Below, one piece after another: positions 1-9,627 of a DNA stretch of 44,794 bases. The position numbers were made by a program, and so were the translations under genes. The stretch spans positions 1-44,794 of the forward strand of contig JBHHWW010000001.1 in NCBI GenBank assembly GCA_046756725.1, given 5' to 3'. This DNA comes from Nitrospiria bacterium. Its GTDB lineage: Bacteria > Nitrospirota > Nitrospiria > SBBL01 > JAADHI01. How positions within the stretch are numbered: the first letter of the stretch is position 1; each line of letters starts with the position of its first letter. The notes under the pieces are model-generated. The model saw only the letters and a list, made by a program, of their open reading frames with translations, did not search any database and was not told the origin of the DNA.

Positions 1-86
1 TTCTTAAATGGGTTCTTTACTAGAGAATCCGCTTTAAAAGGGATCGCCGCAACATTGAGCACTTACAGGCAATCACTGCAGCAGGC

Positions 87-371
87 TTGACAGAGCCCCT
101 TTCTCTCCATCCATTAATCGATCCAGATCGGTGTCTCGGTTCCGGGGCCTGTGTCACGGCCTGTTCTGAGGGAGATATTTTGGGACTGATCCATGGGAAA
201 ACGAAACTGATCAATCCGACGCATTGCATTGGGCACGGGGCCTGCCTTCCGGCCTGTCCTCATGAAGCGATCACCCTCGTTTTCGGAACAGAAAAACGAG
301 GCATCGATATTCCGCATATCAATGTCAATTTTGAAACAAATGTGCCGGGGATTTTCATCTTAGTCATTTGA
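87..371 (+). pseudogene. Ferredoxin-type dicluster domain fragment, likely a remnant of a ferredoxin-fused FAD/NAD(P) oxidoreductase
   Basis: Two cluster motifs, CLGSGACVTAC and CIGHGACLPACP, each lack the second Cys of CxxCxxCxxxCP (Ser and His instead). The ORF stops at ...TNVPGIF-ILVI*, where I would expect a dinucleotide-binding fold to continue. Only a TTG start is available, and there is an in-frame stop at 21-23. Confidence 0.4.
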
Positions 372-412
372 GAATGCGCCCAGGTTTTTCCCTTCCCCTC
401 ACCATCGATATT

Positions 413-442
413 TTGCAAGTTATACCTCTGTTCCGGTAAAAT
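413..442 (+). promoter_or_regulatory. Candidate sigma70-type promoter for the J-domain gene
   Basis: TTGCAA (413-418), 18-nt spacer, TAAAAT (437-442), about 40 nt upstream of the ATG at 481. Confidence 0.4.
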
Positions 443-480
443 TTTGCCTTACTTTATCCAAACATGATCAAAATAAGAAC

Positions 481-1068
481 ATGGATGATTCATACCAGAA
501 AAAACGCTTCATCGACCAGAAAGAAAAATTAAAACGACATCTGGTGCAATTGGCGAAGGCCCTTCCGGAAGACCTCGATCTTGCCTTTGATCGATATTTT
601 GAAACCCACATTCTCTCTTATCTGCGGATTGAAGAAAAACTCAATCACATTGAAACGCTTCTTCTAAAATTTGATCAGGAAATTGAAGCATGTGAAAGTA
701 TGGGCATCCTCCGTCAGTTGATAGGTCGCGTTGATTTTGTTGCAGACCGCTTGGATGAACTAGAAGCAATGATCTACCGCAGAAGCCGTCGCCGCAGTCG
801 CTACAATTTTCAATTTTCAAACTTTTTCAAGCGTTTTAATCAGCAGAACGGGAACGGATCCGCTTCAAAGGGAGAAATTCATTCTTTGCCGGATGCCTAC
901 CGGGTCTTGAACCTGGAAGAGGGCAGTAGTCTTACGGATGCGACGACAAGCTTTCGAGAGCTGGCAAAAAAACATCATCCGGACACCCGTGGCGGCGATA
1001 AAAATGATGACCTGGAACTCAGACGTGTCGTCGAATCCTACAAAATGATCAAGGCGTCTTTGTCGTAA
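481..1068 (+). CDS. J-domain (DnaJ-like) protein with an N-terminal coiled-coil-like region
   Basis: C-terminal J domain DAYRVLNLEEGSSLTDATTSFRELAKKHHPDTRGG with the HPD tripeptide. There is no Gly/Phe or zinc-finger region, so it is not canonical DnaJ. Confidence 0.8.
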   Translation: MDDSYQKKRFIDQKEKLKRHLVQLAKALPEDLDLAFDRYFETHILSYLRIEEKLNHIETLLLKFDQEIEACESMGILRQLIGRVDFVADRLDELEAMIYRRSRRRSRYNFQFSNFFKRFNQQNGNGSASKGEIHSLPDAYRVLNLEEGSSLTDATTSFRELAKKHHPDTRGGDKNDDLELRRVVESYKMIKASLS

Positions 1069-1089
1069 TAACCTGCCCGGTTCACATTT

Positions 1090-2331
1090 TTAAAGACGCT
1101 GCCGTATTTGAATACTTAGTTGGCGTTGCGCGGTGCGGAGCGCAGTCTCCACTCCCTCGGCTGTTTTTCCCCTGGCGAAGATAAACCCGAGGTAGCTTCT
1201 CCCTTCAGGCAAGGGGATGACCTCCTGATTGCGTCGGAGGGTGATTTCTATATCTGTAATACCGGAGACGGATTTTGCTTTTTCAATGTCATCCACCGCG
1301 ATCAAACGGCCTTCGCTTGGGATGGGGATCATCATCACTCCGGCGGCCTCTTGCGCCCGTTCAAGCGATGGGATGGGGACGTTCAGCACATGTCTCAAAA
1401 TAATTTCTTCCAGTGCGTATCCCGTTTGAAACTGAAGTATTCTGGAGCAGCGTCCGCCAATTGACCGCGCCGCAATTTCGATGATGAATGAACCTTGATC
1501 ATTCAGCCGCAGTTCGGCATGAATGGGTCCTTCTGTCAAACCCAGCGCATTTGTTCCCTTCTGAGTGCAATTTATCAGCTCTTTTTGATGCTTGTACGAA
1601 AGTCTGGACGGGGTGATGTAGAGGGTTTCCTCAAAAAACGGCCCTTCCAGGGGGTCGGGTTTATCAAAAATAGCCAGTGTTTTCAGACGCCCTCCCTGTA
1701 GCAACCCTTCGAGAGCAAACTCTTTTCCCGGAATATAGGATTCCACAAGAATTTTGTCTGCGGCAGTGCCGCCGCGTCGAACCATGTCCGGCGTCTCAAG
1801 CAGCTTTTTTATTCGGAGCCAAGCCGATTGAAATTCATCCGGATTATTGGCACGAATAACGCCCTGGCTTCCAGAGAGAAAGGTTGGTTTTAAAACCAGG
1901 GGATAGTTGATTTCGGGCGTGGTTTCTTCGAAGGTATTTACACAGGAATAAATTTGAAAGGACGGGGTTGGGATGCCTGCTGCAATCAAGCGTTTACGAA
2001 GAAGGTGTTTGTCTCTTGTTGCGGCAACGGCATCCATTTGATTGTGCGGCAGGGAGAGGGCTTTGGAGAGAGCGACAGCGAGGAGGGTCGCCTCCTCCTC
2101 TGTGGGCACCACCGCTGCAATGGGATATTGTTCGGCGAAAGAAAGGACTTTCTCTGTCGATTGTTCCAGGTTGTGAAAATCAAGGGTCAGGAGTTTTCCT
2201 GAAACGGTTTTTTCCAGGGTCTGGTGTTGATCGCAGGCCACGACCACATTGAGGTTGAGCCGTTCTGCGGCTTGAAGGAAATAATCGGCGCGGTAGGAAG
2301 TGCTCGGAATCAGGAGAAGGAGGTTTTTCAC
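1090..2331 (-). CDS. ATP-grasp domain protein (carboxylate-amine ligase type)
   Basis: 413 aa. It shows a pre-ATP-grasp and ATP-grasp layout (KHLLRKRLIAAGIPTP..., YPLVLKPTFLSGSQGV, ILVESYIPGKEFALEG, GPIHAELRL..., IIEIAARSIGG). It lies 24 nt downstream of the nfuA-like gene on the same strand. Confidence 0.8.
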   Translation of the reverse strand: MKNLLLLIPSTSYRADYFLQAAERLNLNVVVACDQHQTLEKTVSGKLLTLDFHNLEQSTEKVLSFAEQYPIAAVVPTEEEATLLAVALSKALSLPHNQMDAVAATRDKHLLRKRLIAAGIPTPSFQIYSCVNTFEETTPEINYPLVLKPTFLSGSQGVIRANNPDEFQSAWLRIKKLLETPDMVRRGGTAADKILVESYIPGKEFALEGLLQGGRLKTLAIFDKPDPLEGPFFEETLYITPSRLSYKHQKELINCTQKGTNALGLTEGPIHAELRLNDQGSFIIEIAARSIGGRCSRILQFQTGYALEEIILRHVLNVPIPSLERAQEAAGVMMIPIPSEGRLIAVDDIEKAKSVSGITDIEITLRRNQEVIPLPEGRSYLGFIFARGKTAEGVETALRTAQRQLSIQIRQRL

Positions 2332-2355
2332 CAGTTGAAACGATTCAGATTGCTG

Positions 2356-2973
2356 TTATTTCCCCGGTGAATAATAAGGATTGTTGCCACCGGCATGGTC
2401 TGTAACATCCAGGACATCTTTGATTTCCGGGACGCCTTTTTTGATGGCGACGATGACGCCCTGCTTGAGGGTGACATCCGCCATGCCGCACCCCTGACAC
2501 CCGCCGCCCAGGCGGATATAAGCGATTTGATCTTTGACATCGACAAGGCTGATAAATCCCCCGTGGGAGGCAACGGAAGGGTTGATTTCTGTATCGAGCA
2601 CCTTTTGAACGGCGACCGCTTCGGGTGTATCCAGCGCAGGCGGAGACTCCGGCGCTTTTTGCTCGGCCAAAACCACTTTTGGATTTTCGACTTTAAAACC
2701 GCTATTTTGAAGGTTTTGGATGAAGTCGATCTTGACATCTTCCAGGAATTTTGCATTTTTTAATTCGACATAGATTTTGATCCCGTCGCCGTCATAGCTG
2801 ACATCCCCTGCATCTTCCTTTCCCTCTTCAACAAAAGCCAGGGCATATTCAACATTGGGGATGGTCCCTTTTACCGTAATCCGGAGTCCGATGACTTTTT
2901 TTGAATGTTGTTCGAGTTGTGTTTGCATCAGCGTTTCAATTCTTTTTTTCGCAATCTCTGTAACCTGGATCAT
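2356..2973 (-). CDS. nfuA: NfuA-like Fe-S cluster carrier (Cys-less A-type domain + Nfu domain)
   Basis: The N-terminal HesB/IscA-like region has no Cys. The C-terminal Nfu domain is ...SHGGFISLVDVKD..AYIRLGGGCQGCGMADVTLKQGV with a CxxC pair. Confidence 0.75.
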   Translation of the reverse strand: MIQVTEIAKKRIETLMQTQLEQHSKKVIGLRITVKGTIPNVEYALAFVEEGKEDAGDVSYDGDGIKIYVELKNAKFLEDVKIDFIQNLQNSGFKVENPKVVLAEQKAPESPPALDTPEAVAVQKVLDTEINPSVASHGGFISLVDVKDQIAYIRLGGGCQGCGMADVTLKQGVIVAIKKGVPEIKDVLDVTDHAGGNNPYYSPGK

Positions 2974-2999
2974 AATGTATAGACTCCTTGAAAAATAAA

Positions 3000-3017
3000 G
3001 GGAATATCGGTATTCCC
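3000..3017. promoter_or_regulatory. Perfect 7-bp inverted repeat, possible operator or 5'UTR hairpin upstream of nfuA
   Basis: GGGAATA-tcgg-TATTCCC lies 27-44 nt upstream of the nfuA-like start codon at 2973. No T-tract follows in either orientation, so it is not a terminator. Confidence 0.3.
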
Positions 3018-3159
3018 GAGTACAAAAAAACGTAAGGTGATGATATCATGGGGGCTGTACCGGGTCAATTTACATCTTGGCTGAAGGGTTATCTCATTGA
3101 TCTCTCAATCAAAATCATCTTAAATAGCGCTTTATTCTCTAATGTTGTGAGCGTCCTTT

Positions 3160-4029
3160 ATGATCTGCCCGAAATGTCTCATTGAAAACCCTGAAGATGC
3201 GGTGAGGTGCGGTTGTGGTTTTGATTTCGGGCTCGGAAAGACGCCTTTATACGAACGTGAACAAGCCGAACAGATCAAGACATGGCATTCCGAAGAACCC
3301 GGTATTGTTTCTCAGTCGTTCGGCGTGATGCTTTCTCCGGCAACATGGCTCATTGATAAAATCATTCCGCAAGCCTCTATCAGAGGGGTTCTTGATTTTT
3401 CAAATGCCCTGGCTGAGTGGATGGCCGATGAAAAAGATATTCTGCGGGATGCAGGGGTTTCGGACCTTTTGGAACTTAAGAAAAGGGATCTCCGGTTGTC
3501 AGATGATCTGGCCGATTCGGTCCATAACTGGGCCATTGGCATCGGGGCTGGCGCGGGCGGCGCAACGGGTGCAGTGGGCCTGCCCGGCATCATTGTTGAT
3601 ATTCCGACGATCATCACTTTTGCATTGCGGACCATTCACAAAATAGGGCTGTGTTACGGCTATCGCGTGAATACAAAGGAAGAAAAAGATTTTATCCTGG
3701 CCATCATGGCGGCTGGCAGCGCGAATGAAATGAGTGAGAAAATGGCGGCGCTTTCCTTGTTGAGATCGATCGGCGTCACGCTGGCGGGACAAACCTGGGA
3801 AGGCATCGCACGTCGGGCCGCAGTTAATCGATTCAGCAAGGAAGGCGGCATTATTGCGGTCAAAACCCTTGCGAAACAACTGGGCATCAATCTGACGAAA
3901 CGAAAGGCATTGCAAGCCATTCCGGCCATCGGCGCTGTCGTCGGTGCATCCGCCAACGGCTGGTATATCAAAGAGGTCGGGTGGGCTGCGCGTCGGTCTT
4001 TTCAAGAACGATGGTTGTTGGATCAGTAA
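3160..4029 (+). CDS. EcsC-family-like protein with an N-terminal zinc-ribbon
   Basis: N-terminal CPKC...CGC zinc-ribbon. A central Gly-rich segment IGIGAGAGGATGAVGLPG is followed by LRTIHKIGLCYGY, as I recall for the EcsC family. Confidence 0.55.
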   Translation: MICPKCLIENPEDAVRCGCGFDFGLGKTPLYEREQAEQIKTWHSEEPGIVSQSFGVMLSPATWLIDKIIPQASIRGVLDFSNALAEWMADEKDILRDAGVSDLLELKKRDLRLSDDLADSVHNWAIGIGAGAGGATGAVGLPGIIVDIPTIITFALRTIHKIGLCYGYRVNTKEEKDFILAIMAAGSANEMSEKMAALSLLRSIGVTLAGQTWEGIARRAAVNRFSKEGGIIAVKTLAKQLGINLTKRKALQAIPAIGAVVGASANGWYIKEVGWAARRSFQERWLLDQ

Positions 4030-4058
4030 ACAGCTTATTCCGATACATTGAGGTTTTT

Positions 4059-4277
4059 ATGCAGAATGACGGCGATTTTGCAAATATGCAAGAAGGAGAA
4101 ATCCGGGATGTTTACGATCGGCCAGAGGGGTTTTGGGGACGGATGTTTCAACGTCCGGACAGAACAGCCATTAAAATAAAAGACAGAATCGATATTTATA
4201 ACAAAAAACCGGGCGTCTTCGGACGGTTTTTCCAACGTCCTGATAAAACCATCAAAATAAGACCGGCTTCAGATTAA
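4059..4277 (+). CDS. Small hypothetical protein with an internal tandem repeat
   Basis: ATG at 4059 (MQNDGDF...). The repeat is GFWGRMFQRPDRTAIKIK / GVFGRFFQRPDKTIKIR. A weak hairpin plus T-run follows at 4278-4296. Confidence 0.45.
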   Translation: MQNDGDFANMQEGEIRDVYDRPEGFWGRMFQRPDRTAIKIKDRIDIYNKKPGVFGRFFQRPDKTIKIRPASD

Positions 4278-4341
4278 GCCCGTTCAGGGCGCTTTTCGGT
4301 GATAATGTCTGAATCCCGAAAGATTGGGTGGTGTAATCAAT

Positions 4342-5145
4342 ATGCCGCGTCGTGGCCGCAACCTCGTACTTTTTTTATTTTTCATGTTTTCCGCAGGATG
4401 TGCCACGATGTCGAACGGCCGAAACTGGGGGCAGGATATGACGTTGCGTCCCGGTTGGGACCGCCTGAAGTCGGCGGCGATGCGTACGGTCCGGGACCCG
4501 CAGACCTGGGGTCCCTTGGCGGTTGCGGGCCTTCTTCAGATCAATGATTCGGACAGGAAAATTTCGGACTGGGCCGTGGATCATACGCCGGTTTTCGGTT
4601 CATCCAAAAATGCCCGGGATGCAACGGGTTGGACAGGTCAATCTCTTGACACGATTTTTTATGTCAGTCTGTTGGCGACCCCGAGCGGCGATGCGCCTGG
4701 GGAGTGGGTGCGAAACAAATTTCGTGGGGCGATGGTCGAGTTTACGGGATTTACCATCGCCAATGTGTCCGTTGATTTTCTAAAAGATGTCAGCGGGCGT
4801 GTTCGTCCGAGCAAGTCAGACGACAAGAGCTTCCCTTCAAGCCATGCCAGACGGTCGTCGGCAGACGTCACCCTGGCAACGCGGAATCTCGATGCGATGG
4901 CGCTCCCCCGCCATGTGCGTGTGCCACTGAAAACGGGGATGTATTCGCTGGGCCTTGTCTCGGCCTGGAGCCGTGTCGAAGCCCAGGCCCACTACCCCTC
5001 CGACGTGCTGGTCGGATGGGCGCTGGGGCACTTCTGGACGGCCTTCATCCACGACGCGTTTCTTTACAAGGAAGATCCTCTCTTTCTAATGCATTTCATG
5101 CCCGAACCGGATGGGATGCAGGTGCGGCTGCGCTGGCGGTTATAA
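4342..5145 (+). CDS. PAP2-family (type 2 phosphatidic acid phosphatase-like) lipoprotein
   Basis: All three PAP2 motifs are present: KDVSGRVRP, PSSH, SRVEAQAHYPSD. The signal peptide has a lipobox-like FSAGC. I prefer the ATG at 4342 to the upstream alternative at 4324. Confidence 0.8.
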   Translation: MPRRGRNLVLFLFFMFSAGCATMSNGRNWGQDMTLRPGWDRLKSAAMRTVRDPQTWGPLAVAGLLQINDSDRKISDWAVDHTPVFGSSKNARDATGWTGQSLDTIFYVSLLATPSGDAPGEWVRNKFRGAMVEFTGFTIANVSVDFLKDVSGRVRPSKSDDKSFPSSHARRSSADVTLATRNLDAMALPRHVRVPLKTGMYSLGLVSAWSRVEAQAHYPSDVLVGWALGHFWTAFIHDAFLYKEDPLFLMHFMPEPDGMQVRLRWRL

Positions 5146-5213
5146 CCCAAATCGATTGTCTTGTCTGCTTGTCTTACACATTATGGATATCTCCGGAATG
5201 AGTGGCATTTGTT

Positions 5214-5242
5214 TTGACACTTCCCGTATCTCCATGTAAAGT
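5214..5242 (+). promoter_or_regulatory. Candidate sigma70-type promoter for the TPR gene
   Basis: TTGACA (5214-5219), 17-nt spacer, TAAAGT (5237-5242). GGAGAGG lies upstream of the ATG at 5267. Confidence 0.4.
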
Positions 5243-5266
5243 AAGGGTATTGGAGAGGAAAACGGG

Positions 5267-6076
5267 ATGAATCTTTTTGAATTGACTTTCAAAGAGGCGA
5301 GCAATGCCTTCGATGATGGTCAACTGGGTAAAGCAGAACATCTCTACCTTCGTCTCCTGGAAAACCGGCCGGAGGGATATGCGGATATTTTAAATAAACT
5401 CGGCGTTATTTCGTATCGGAATAATAAGATCGAAAAATCGATTGCTTATTACAAAAAGGCATTAAAAATAAATCCCCGTTACATGGAAGCTTCGATCAAT
5501 TTGACGCTGGCTTATAATGATCTCGGCGCGTATGGAAAAGCGGGCGATACGTTTACAGACGCTGCGGAGTCTGTCCGAACAGGGCCCCCAAAACCGGATC
5601 CCTTTGTTCTGGGAAAACTGGCGAATGAGCACGCAAAGCTCGGAAATACTTATTTTGATCTGGGGCTGAAGGATGAAGCTTTGGAGGAATATCGCCGCGC
5701 CCTTTCTATGTGCCCTCAATTTGTGGATGTCCTCACTAAAATGGGGGTTGTTCTGCGTGAGAAGAACCGTCTGGATGATGCGATCCGCTGCTTTACAAAG
5801 GCGAAAGAAGTGAATCCGAAATACACGGCTGCAATGGTCCATCTCGGGGTGACATATTACCTCAGGGGGTTTTTCGATCTGGCGCTTGAGGAATGGGAAC
5901 AGGCCAAAAAAATTAATGCTGAAGAAGAAGGTTTGAAAACCTGCCTCGCCTTGTTCAATAAAAAGATTGTTGAACCGGAATACCCGGTCAACGGCACCCA
6001 GAGATCCAGTAAAAATTCCAACGCAGCTTCCAACGTGAATTCCTCAGCCCGTAAAAAAAAGCCCCTGGTCTGGTAA
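5267..6076 (+). CDS. TPR repeat protein
   Basis: Several 34-aa TPR-like units (e.g. AYYKKALKINPRYMEA, EEYRRALSMCPQFVDV, RCFTKAKEVNPKYTAA). Confidence 0.8.
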   Translation: MNLFELTFKEASNAFDDGQLGKAEHLYLRLLENRPEGYADILNKLGVISYRNNKIEKSIAYYKKALKINPRYMEASINLTLAYNDLGAYGKAGDTFTDAAESVRTGPPKPDPFVLGKLANEHAKLGNTYFDLGLKDEALEEYRRALSMCPQFVDVLTKMGVVLREKNRLDDAIRCFTKAKEVNPKYTAAMVHLGVTYYLRGFFDLALEEWEQAKKINAEEEGLKTCLALFNKKIVEPEYPVNGTQRSSKNSNAASNVNSSARKKKPLVW

Positions 6077-6106
6077 GGCTTCTCTTGTCGAAGCCGGTTT
6101 CTTTTT
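6077..6106 (+). terminator. Rho-independent terminator candidate
   Basis: GGCTTC-tcttgtc-GAAGCC stem-loop immediately after the stop codon, followed by GGTTTCTTTTT. Confidence 0.55.
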
Positions 6107-6162
6107 CCCGCCTGCGCTGAATTTTAAAAAGAGCCGTCCCTTTTTCTGGTGCTCAGTCAGTA

Positions 6163-7380
6163 TTACACACACAAACCCGCACAATGCCCTGAAGCCCAGG
6201 CCCATTGGAAGTTGTATCCGCCCAGCCAGCCGGTGACATCCAGCACTTCTCCGATAAAATAAAGTCCGTGGACGCCTTTGGTTTCGAAGCTTTTTGAAGA
6301 GAGTTCATCGGTGTCTACGCCGCCCGCTGTCACTTCTGCAAGCCGGTATCCGGCGGTTCCGGAAGGGATCGGCGTCCACTGATGGAAGTGCTGTGCGATC
6401 GCTTTGATTTCTCGCTGACTGCATTGATTGACGGCTTTGTCGTCGGCAATGCGACCGAGCCATCGTTGTGCCAGCCGTTTTGTGAGATGTTTCGACAGCA
6501 AATTTTTCAGGTTTGCCGTCGGACGGCGCTTCTGCCAATTTGGAATGGCTTCGCACAGGTTGAGATGGGGGAGGAGGTTAATGAGGAGACTGTCTCCCGG
6601 ATGCCAGTAATTGGAAATCTGCAAAACAGCGGGGCCGCTCAAGCCTTTGTGCGTGATCAGCATGGCTTCGTGAAATGTCTGCCCGTTGCAAGAGACGGAG
6701 ACGTTGGCAGAGGTTCCGGAAAGTCCTTCGGTCCATTTTAGCTCCGGTCCGTCCAGAGTGAGGGATACTAGTCCGGGCCGACAGGGGGTGACTTGCAAGC
6801 CGAATTGTCGGGCGCATCGGTGGCCGAAATCACTGGCCCCGATTTTTGGATAGGATAAGCCGCCGGTCGCAATCACGAGGGATTTGCAGTGGAAACTGCC
6901 CAGGGAAGTAGAGAGTTTAAAAAAATCGGGATGCTCAATTTTTTGAATGGTGCAGTTTGTTTTAATTTCCACCCGGCCGACGCGGCATTCTTCGAGCAGC
7001 ATGTTTAATATGTCGCTGGATCGTCCGTCGCAGAACAGTTTCCCCGACGTTTTTTCGTGGTAGCGGATTTTGTGTCGCTCAACAAGGTTGATAAAGTCTT
7101 CCGGCCCGAAACGGCTGAGTGCGGATTTACAGAAATGGGGATTTTGAGAAATATAATGTTCCGCTTTGACGCATTGGTTGGTGAAATTGCAGCGTCCCCC
7201 GCCGGAGATGAGAATTTTCTTCCCGACGGTCTGGGCATGGTCCAGAAGTAGAACGGACCGTCCGCGTCTCCCGGCAGTGAGCGCACACATCAGCCCGGCC
7301 GCACCTGCGCCGATGATGATGACATCTTTTGCGTTTGTGAGGGGCATTTCAGAGGCGGGTCGGCGGAATTTGCCGAACAC
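6163..7380 (-). CDS. BaiN/HI0933 (YhiN)-family NAD(P)/FAD-dependent oxidoreductase
   Basis: DVIIIGAGAAGLMCA dinucleotide fold, KILISGGGRCNFTN, and C-terminal GLYFIGEVLDVTGWLGGYNFQWAW, all typical of this family. The start is uncertain (GTG 7380 or ATG 7347). Confidence 0.85.
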   Translation of the reverse strand: MFGKFRRPASEMPLTNAKDVIIIGAGAAGLMCALTAGRRGRSVLLLDHAQTVGKKILISGGGRCNFTNQCVKAEHYISQNPHFCKSALSRFGPEDFINLVERHKIRYHEKTSGKLFCDGRSSDILNMLLEECRVGRVEIKTNCTIQKIEHPDFFKLSTSLGSFHCKSLVIATGGLSYPKIGASDFGHRCARQFGLQVTPCRPGLVSLTLDGPELKWTEGLSGTSANVSVSCNGQTFHEAMLITHKGLSGPAVLQISNYWHPGDSLLINLLPHLNLCEAIPNWQKRRPTANLKNLLSKHLTKRLAQRWLGRIADDKAVNQCSQREIKAIAQHFHQWTPIPSGTAGYRLAEVTAGGVDTDELSSKSFETKGVHGLYFIGEVLDVTGWLGGYNFQWAWASGHCAGLCV

Positions 7381-7403
7381 GACTTCGAGCGGTCAGCAAA
7401 TTT

Positions 7404-7913
7404 TTACTGGTTTTTTTCGGTGTGATCATGTGTCGGGATGACAAGAACAGGGCGGGAAGCATGCTTTAATACCCCTTCGCTGACGTTGCCCACGAGTAAA
7501 TTGTAGATTGCCCCATGCCCATGTGATCCCAGAATAATCATGTCAATGTCTAATTTTTCTGATTCGCTGAGAATGACCTGAATGATGGCGCCCTGTATAA
7601 GAAGGGCCGTGGTGTCTATGCCGGAATTGCGTAGCTTATCTGCTTCTTTTTGTAATTCTTTGTGGTCTTCATGGAATTTGTGGGCGACGTGTTTCCGAAG
7701 GGCGACCGGATCGGGGCCATAGTCAACGTATCCGCTGCCGTAGTCTGCAAAACCGCTTGTGTACCCGAACCCGACAAACCCCGGTTTTGGTTCTGCGACA
7801 TGGAGCAACCAGACTTTGGAGGGCACCCCTGAGGCCCCTGATGCAAGGGATTTTACGACCTGCAAAATCTTTTGAGCTGTATGAGAGAAGTCAATTGGAA
7901 CCAGCAGATTCAT
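7404..7913 (-). CDS. Universal stress protein (UspA family)
   Basis: MNLLVPIDFS... and C-terminal LGSHGHGAIYNLLVGNVSEGVLKHASRPVLVIP. The ATG at 7913 is preceded by GAGGGAG. A Gly/Tyr-rich insertion (GFVGFGYTSGFADYGSGYVDYG) is present. Confidence 0.8.
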   Translation of the reverse strand: MNLLVPIDFSHTAQKILQVVKSLASGASGVPSKVWLLHVAEPKPGFVGFGYTSGFADYGSGYVDYGPDPVALRKHVAHKFHEDHKELQKEADKLRNSGIDTTALLIQGAIIQVILSESEKLDIDMIILGSHGHGAIYNLLVGNVSEGVLKHASRPVLVIPTHDHTEKNQ

Positions 7914-8121
7914 CGTCACTCCCTCAGCCACCACCAAGTTTTCGATTTTACGCCGATACCACTATTAATTCAATGGGTTGTCCAGATTTTACAGGTGTTT
8001 ATTTCGTTTCAGACCCCTCATTTTGCCGCACTATCGAGGTCTTTTATGGGATGCATATTCTTGACCTTCTAAGCATTTATGTGATAGCTTTACCTTCTTT
8101 TTACTGAGTAGATTATTTCCT

Positions 8122-9591
8122 ATGCTTCCAGAGAAACTTCAAGAAGGATTGACTTTTGATGACGTGATTCTGGTTCCTGCGCGATCCCCTGTGATGCCGC
8201 GTGATGTGAACATTCAAACACGATTGTCCCGACACATCAAGCTCCAAATCCCCATCTTGAGCGCCGCAATGGATACGGTGACCGAATCGAGAATGGCCAT
8301 TGCCATGGCCCGTGAAGGCGGCATCGGCATTCTCCACCGGGCGCTTTCACCTTCGAAACAGGCTTCAGAAATCGATCTTGTGAAAAAATCTGAAAGCGGG
8401 ATGATTGTTGATCCCATTACCATTTCCCCGGATCAAGCGCTTCACGAGGCGTTGGCTTTAATGACCCAATATCGGATTTCAGGTGTTCCGGTGACCCGGA
8501 AAGGAAAGCTGGTCGGCATCATTACAAACAGGGATTTGCGGTTTGAGCACCACCTGGACCAGAAGGTCTCTGACGTCATGACAAAAGACAAGCTGTTTAC
8601 CGTTTCCGAAGGAACCACGTTGGAGGAAGCCCAGAAGATTCTTCATCAGCATAGAATTGAAAAACTCCCTGTGGTTGACGGAGATTTTGAGCTAAAAGGT
8701 TTGATTACCATTAAGGATATTGAAAAGAAAATACAGTTTCCGAATGCCTGTAAAGATCCTCTGGGTCGGCTTCGTGTGGGGGCTGCCGTGGGTGTTGGCG
8801 GAGACTCAAAAGAGCGGATTGATCAACTGATTCGGGCGGAGGTGGACCTCGTTGTTGTGGATACGGCCCATGCGCATTCGGTGTCTGTTTTAGAAGCCAT
8901 TCGTTCGATTCGAGATGCCTATCCTGATCTGGAATTGGTGGGCGGCAATGTTGCGACAGGGGAGGCAACCCTTGATTTAATTAAGAGTGGGGTGGATGCC
9001 GTGAAAGTCGGCGTCGGTCCTGGGTCCATTTGCACAACCCGTGTGATTGCCGGGGCCGGGGTTCCCCAGTTAACGGCCATTTCGGATTGTGCAAAGGCTG
9101 CAAAAAAATTTGACGTTCCGATTATTGCCGATGGGGGGGTTAAATTTTCTGGGGACATTACCAAGGCCATTGCGGCCGGTGCCGATACGGTGATGCTTGG
9201 GGGGCTTTTTGCTGGGGCGGACGAAAGCCCTGGAGAAACGATTCTCCTCCAGGGGCGGAGTTACAAGGTTTATCGTGGCATGGGTTCCATCGGTGCGATG
9301 GAACGTGGCGGAAGAGACCGCTATTTTCAAGAATTTGAACCGGTTTCCAAGCTGGTTCCTGAGGGTATTGAAGGAAGGGTTCCTTCCAAAGGCAGTCTTT
9401 CTGGAATCGTTTTTCAGTTGCTCGGAGGCTTGCGCGCAGGGATGGGCTATTGCGGCACGGGAACGATTGAAGCACTTCGGAAAGATGCCCGTTTTATTCG
9501 CATTACGCATTCCGGAATTCGTGAAAGTCACCCGCACGATGTCATCATCACAAAAGAAGCGCCAAACTATGAGTTGGGCGGAATGTCCTAG
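8122..9591 (+). CDS. guaB: IMP dehydrogenase
   Basis: [11 protein letters not shown]-terminus, tandem CBS region, catalytic loop [14 protein letters not shown], and GGVKFSGD... throughout its 489 aa. Confidence 0.97.
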   Translation: MLPEKLQEGLTFDDVILVPARSPVMPRDVNIQTRLSRHIKLQIPILSAAMDTVTESRMAIAMAREGGIGILHRALSPSKQASEIDLVKKSESGMIVDPITISPDQALHEALALMTQYRISGVPVTRKGKLVGIITNRDLRFEHHLDQKVSDVMTKDKLFTVSEGTTLEEAQKILHQHRIEKLPVVDGDFELKGLITIKDIEKKIQFPNACKDPLGRLRVGAAVGVGGDSKERIDQLIRAEVDLVVVDTAHAHSVSVLEAIRSIRDAYPDLELVGGNVATGEATLDLIKSGVDAVKVGVGPGSICTTRVIAGAGVPQLTAISDCAKAAKKFDVPIIADGGVKFSGDITKAIAAGADTVMLGGLFAGADESPGETILLQGRSYKVYRGMGSIGAMERGGRDRYFQEFEPVSKLVPEGIEGRVPSKGSLSGIVFQLLGGLRAGMGYCGTGTIEALRKDARFIRITHSGIRESHPHDVIITKEAPNYELGGMS

Positions 9592-9627
9592 TTGCATATT
9601 TTCGCAACCGAAATCCACAACAACTGA

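Noticed and set aside
3499-4005. 168-aa and 103-107-aa antisense ORFs within the EcsC-like gene, and similar ones within nfuA (2328-2763) and guaB (9070-9618)
   Set aside because: These are shadow ORFs in genes with strong family signatures on the other strand or frame. Their translations are Arg/Pro/Ser-rich, as expected for out-of-frame reading.
7938-8121. Purine riboswitch or clear promoter upstream of guaB
   Set aside because: Only a weak TTGACC with a poor -10 (GATAGC) was found. There was no conserved three-way-junction-like pairing.
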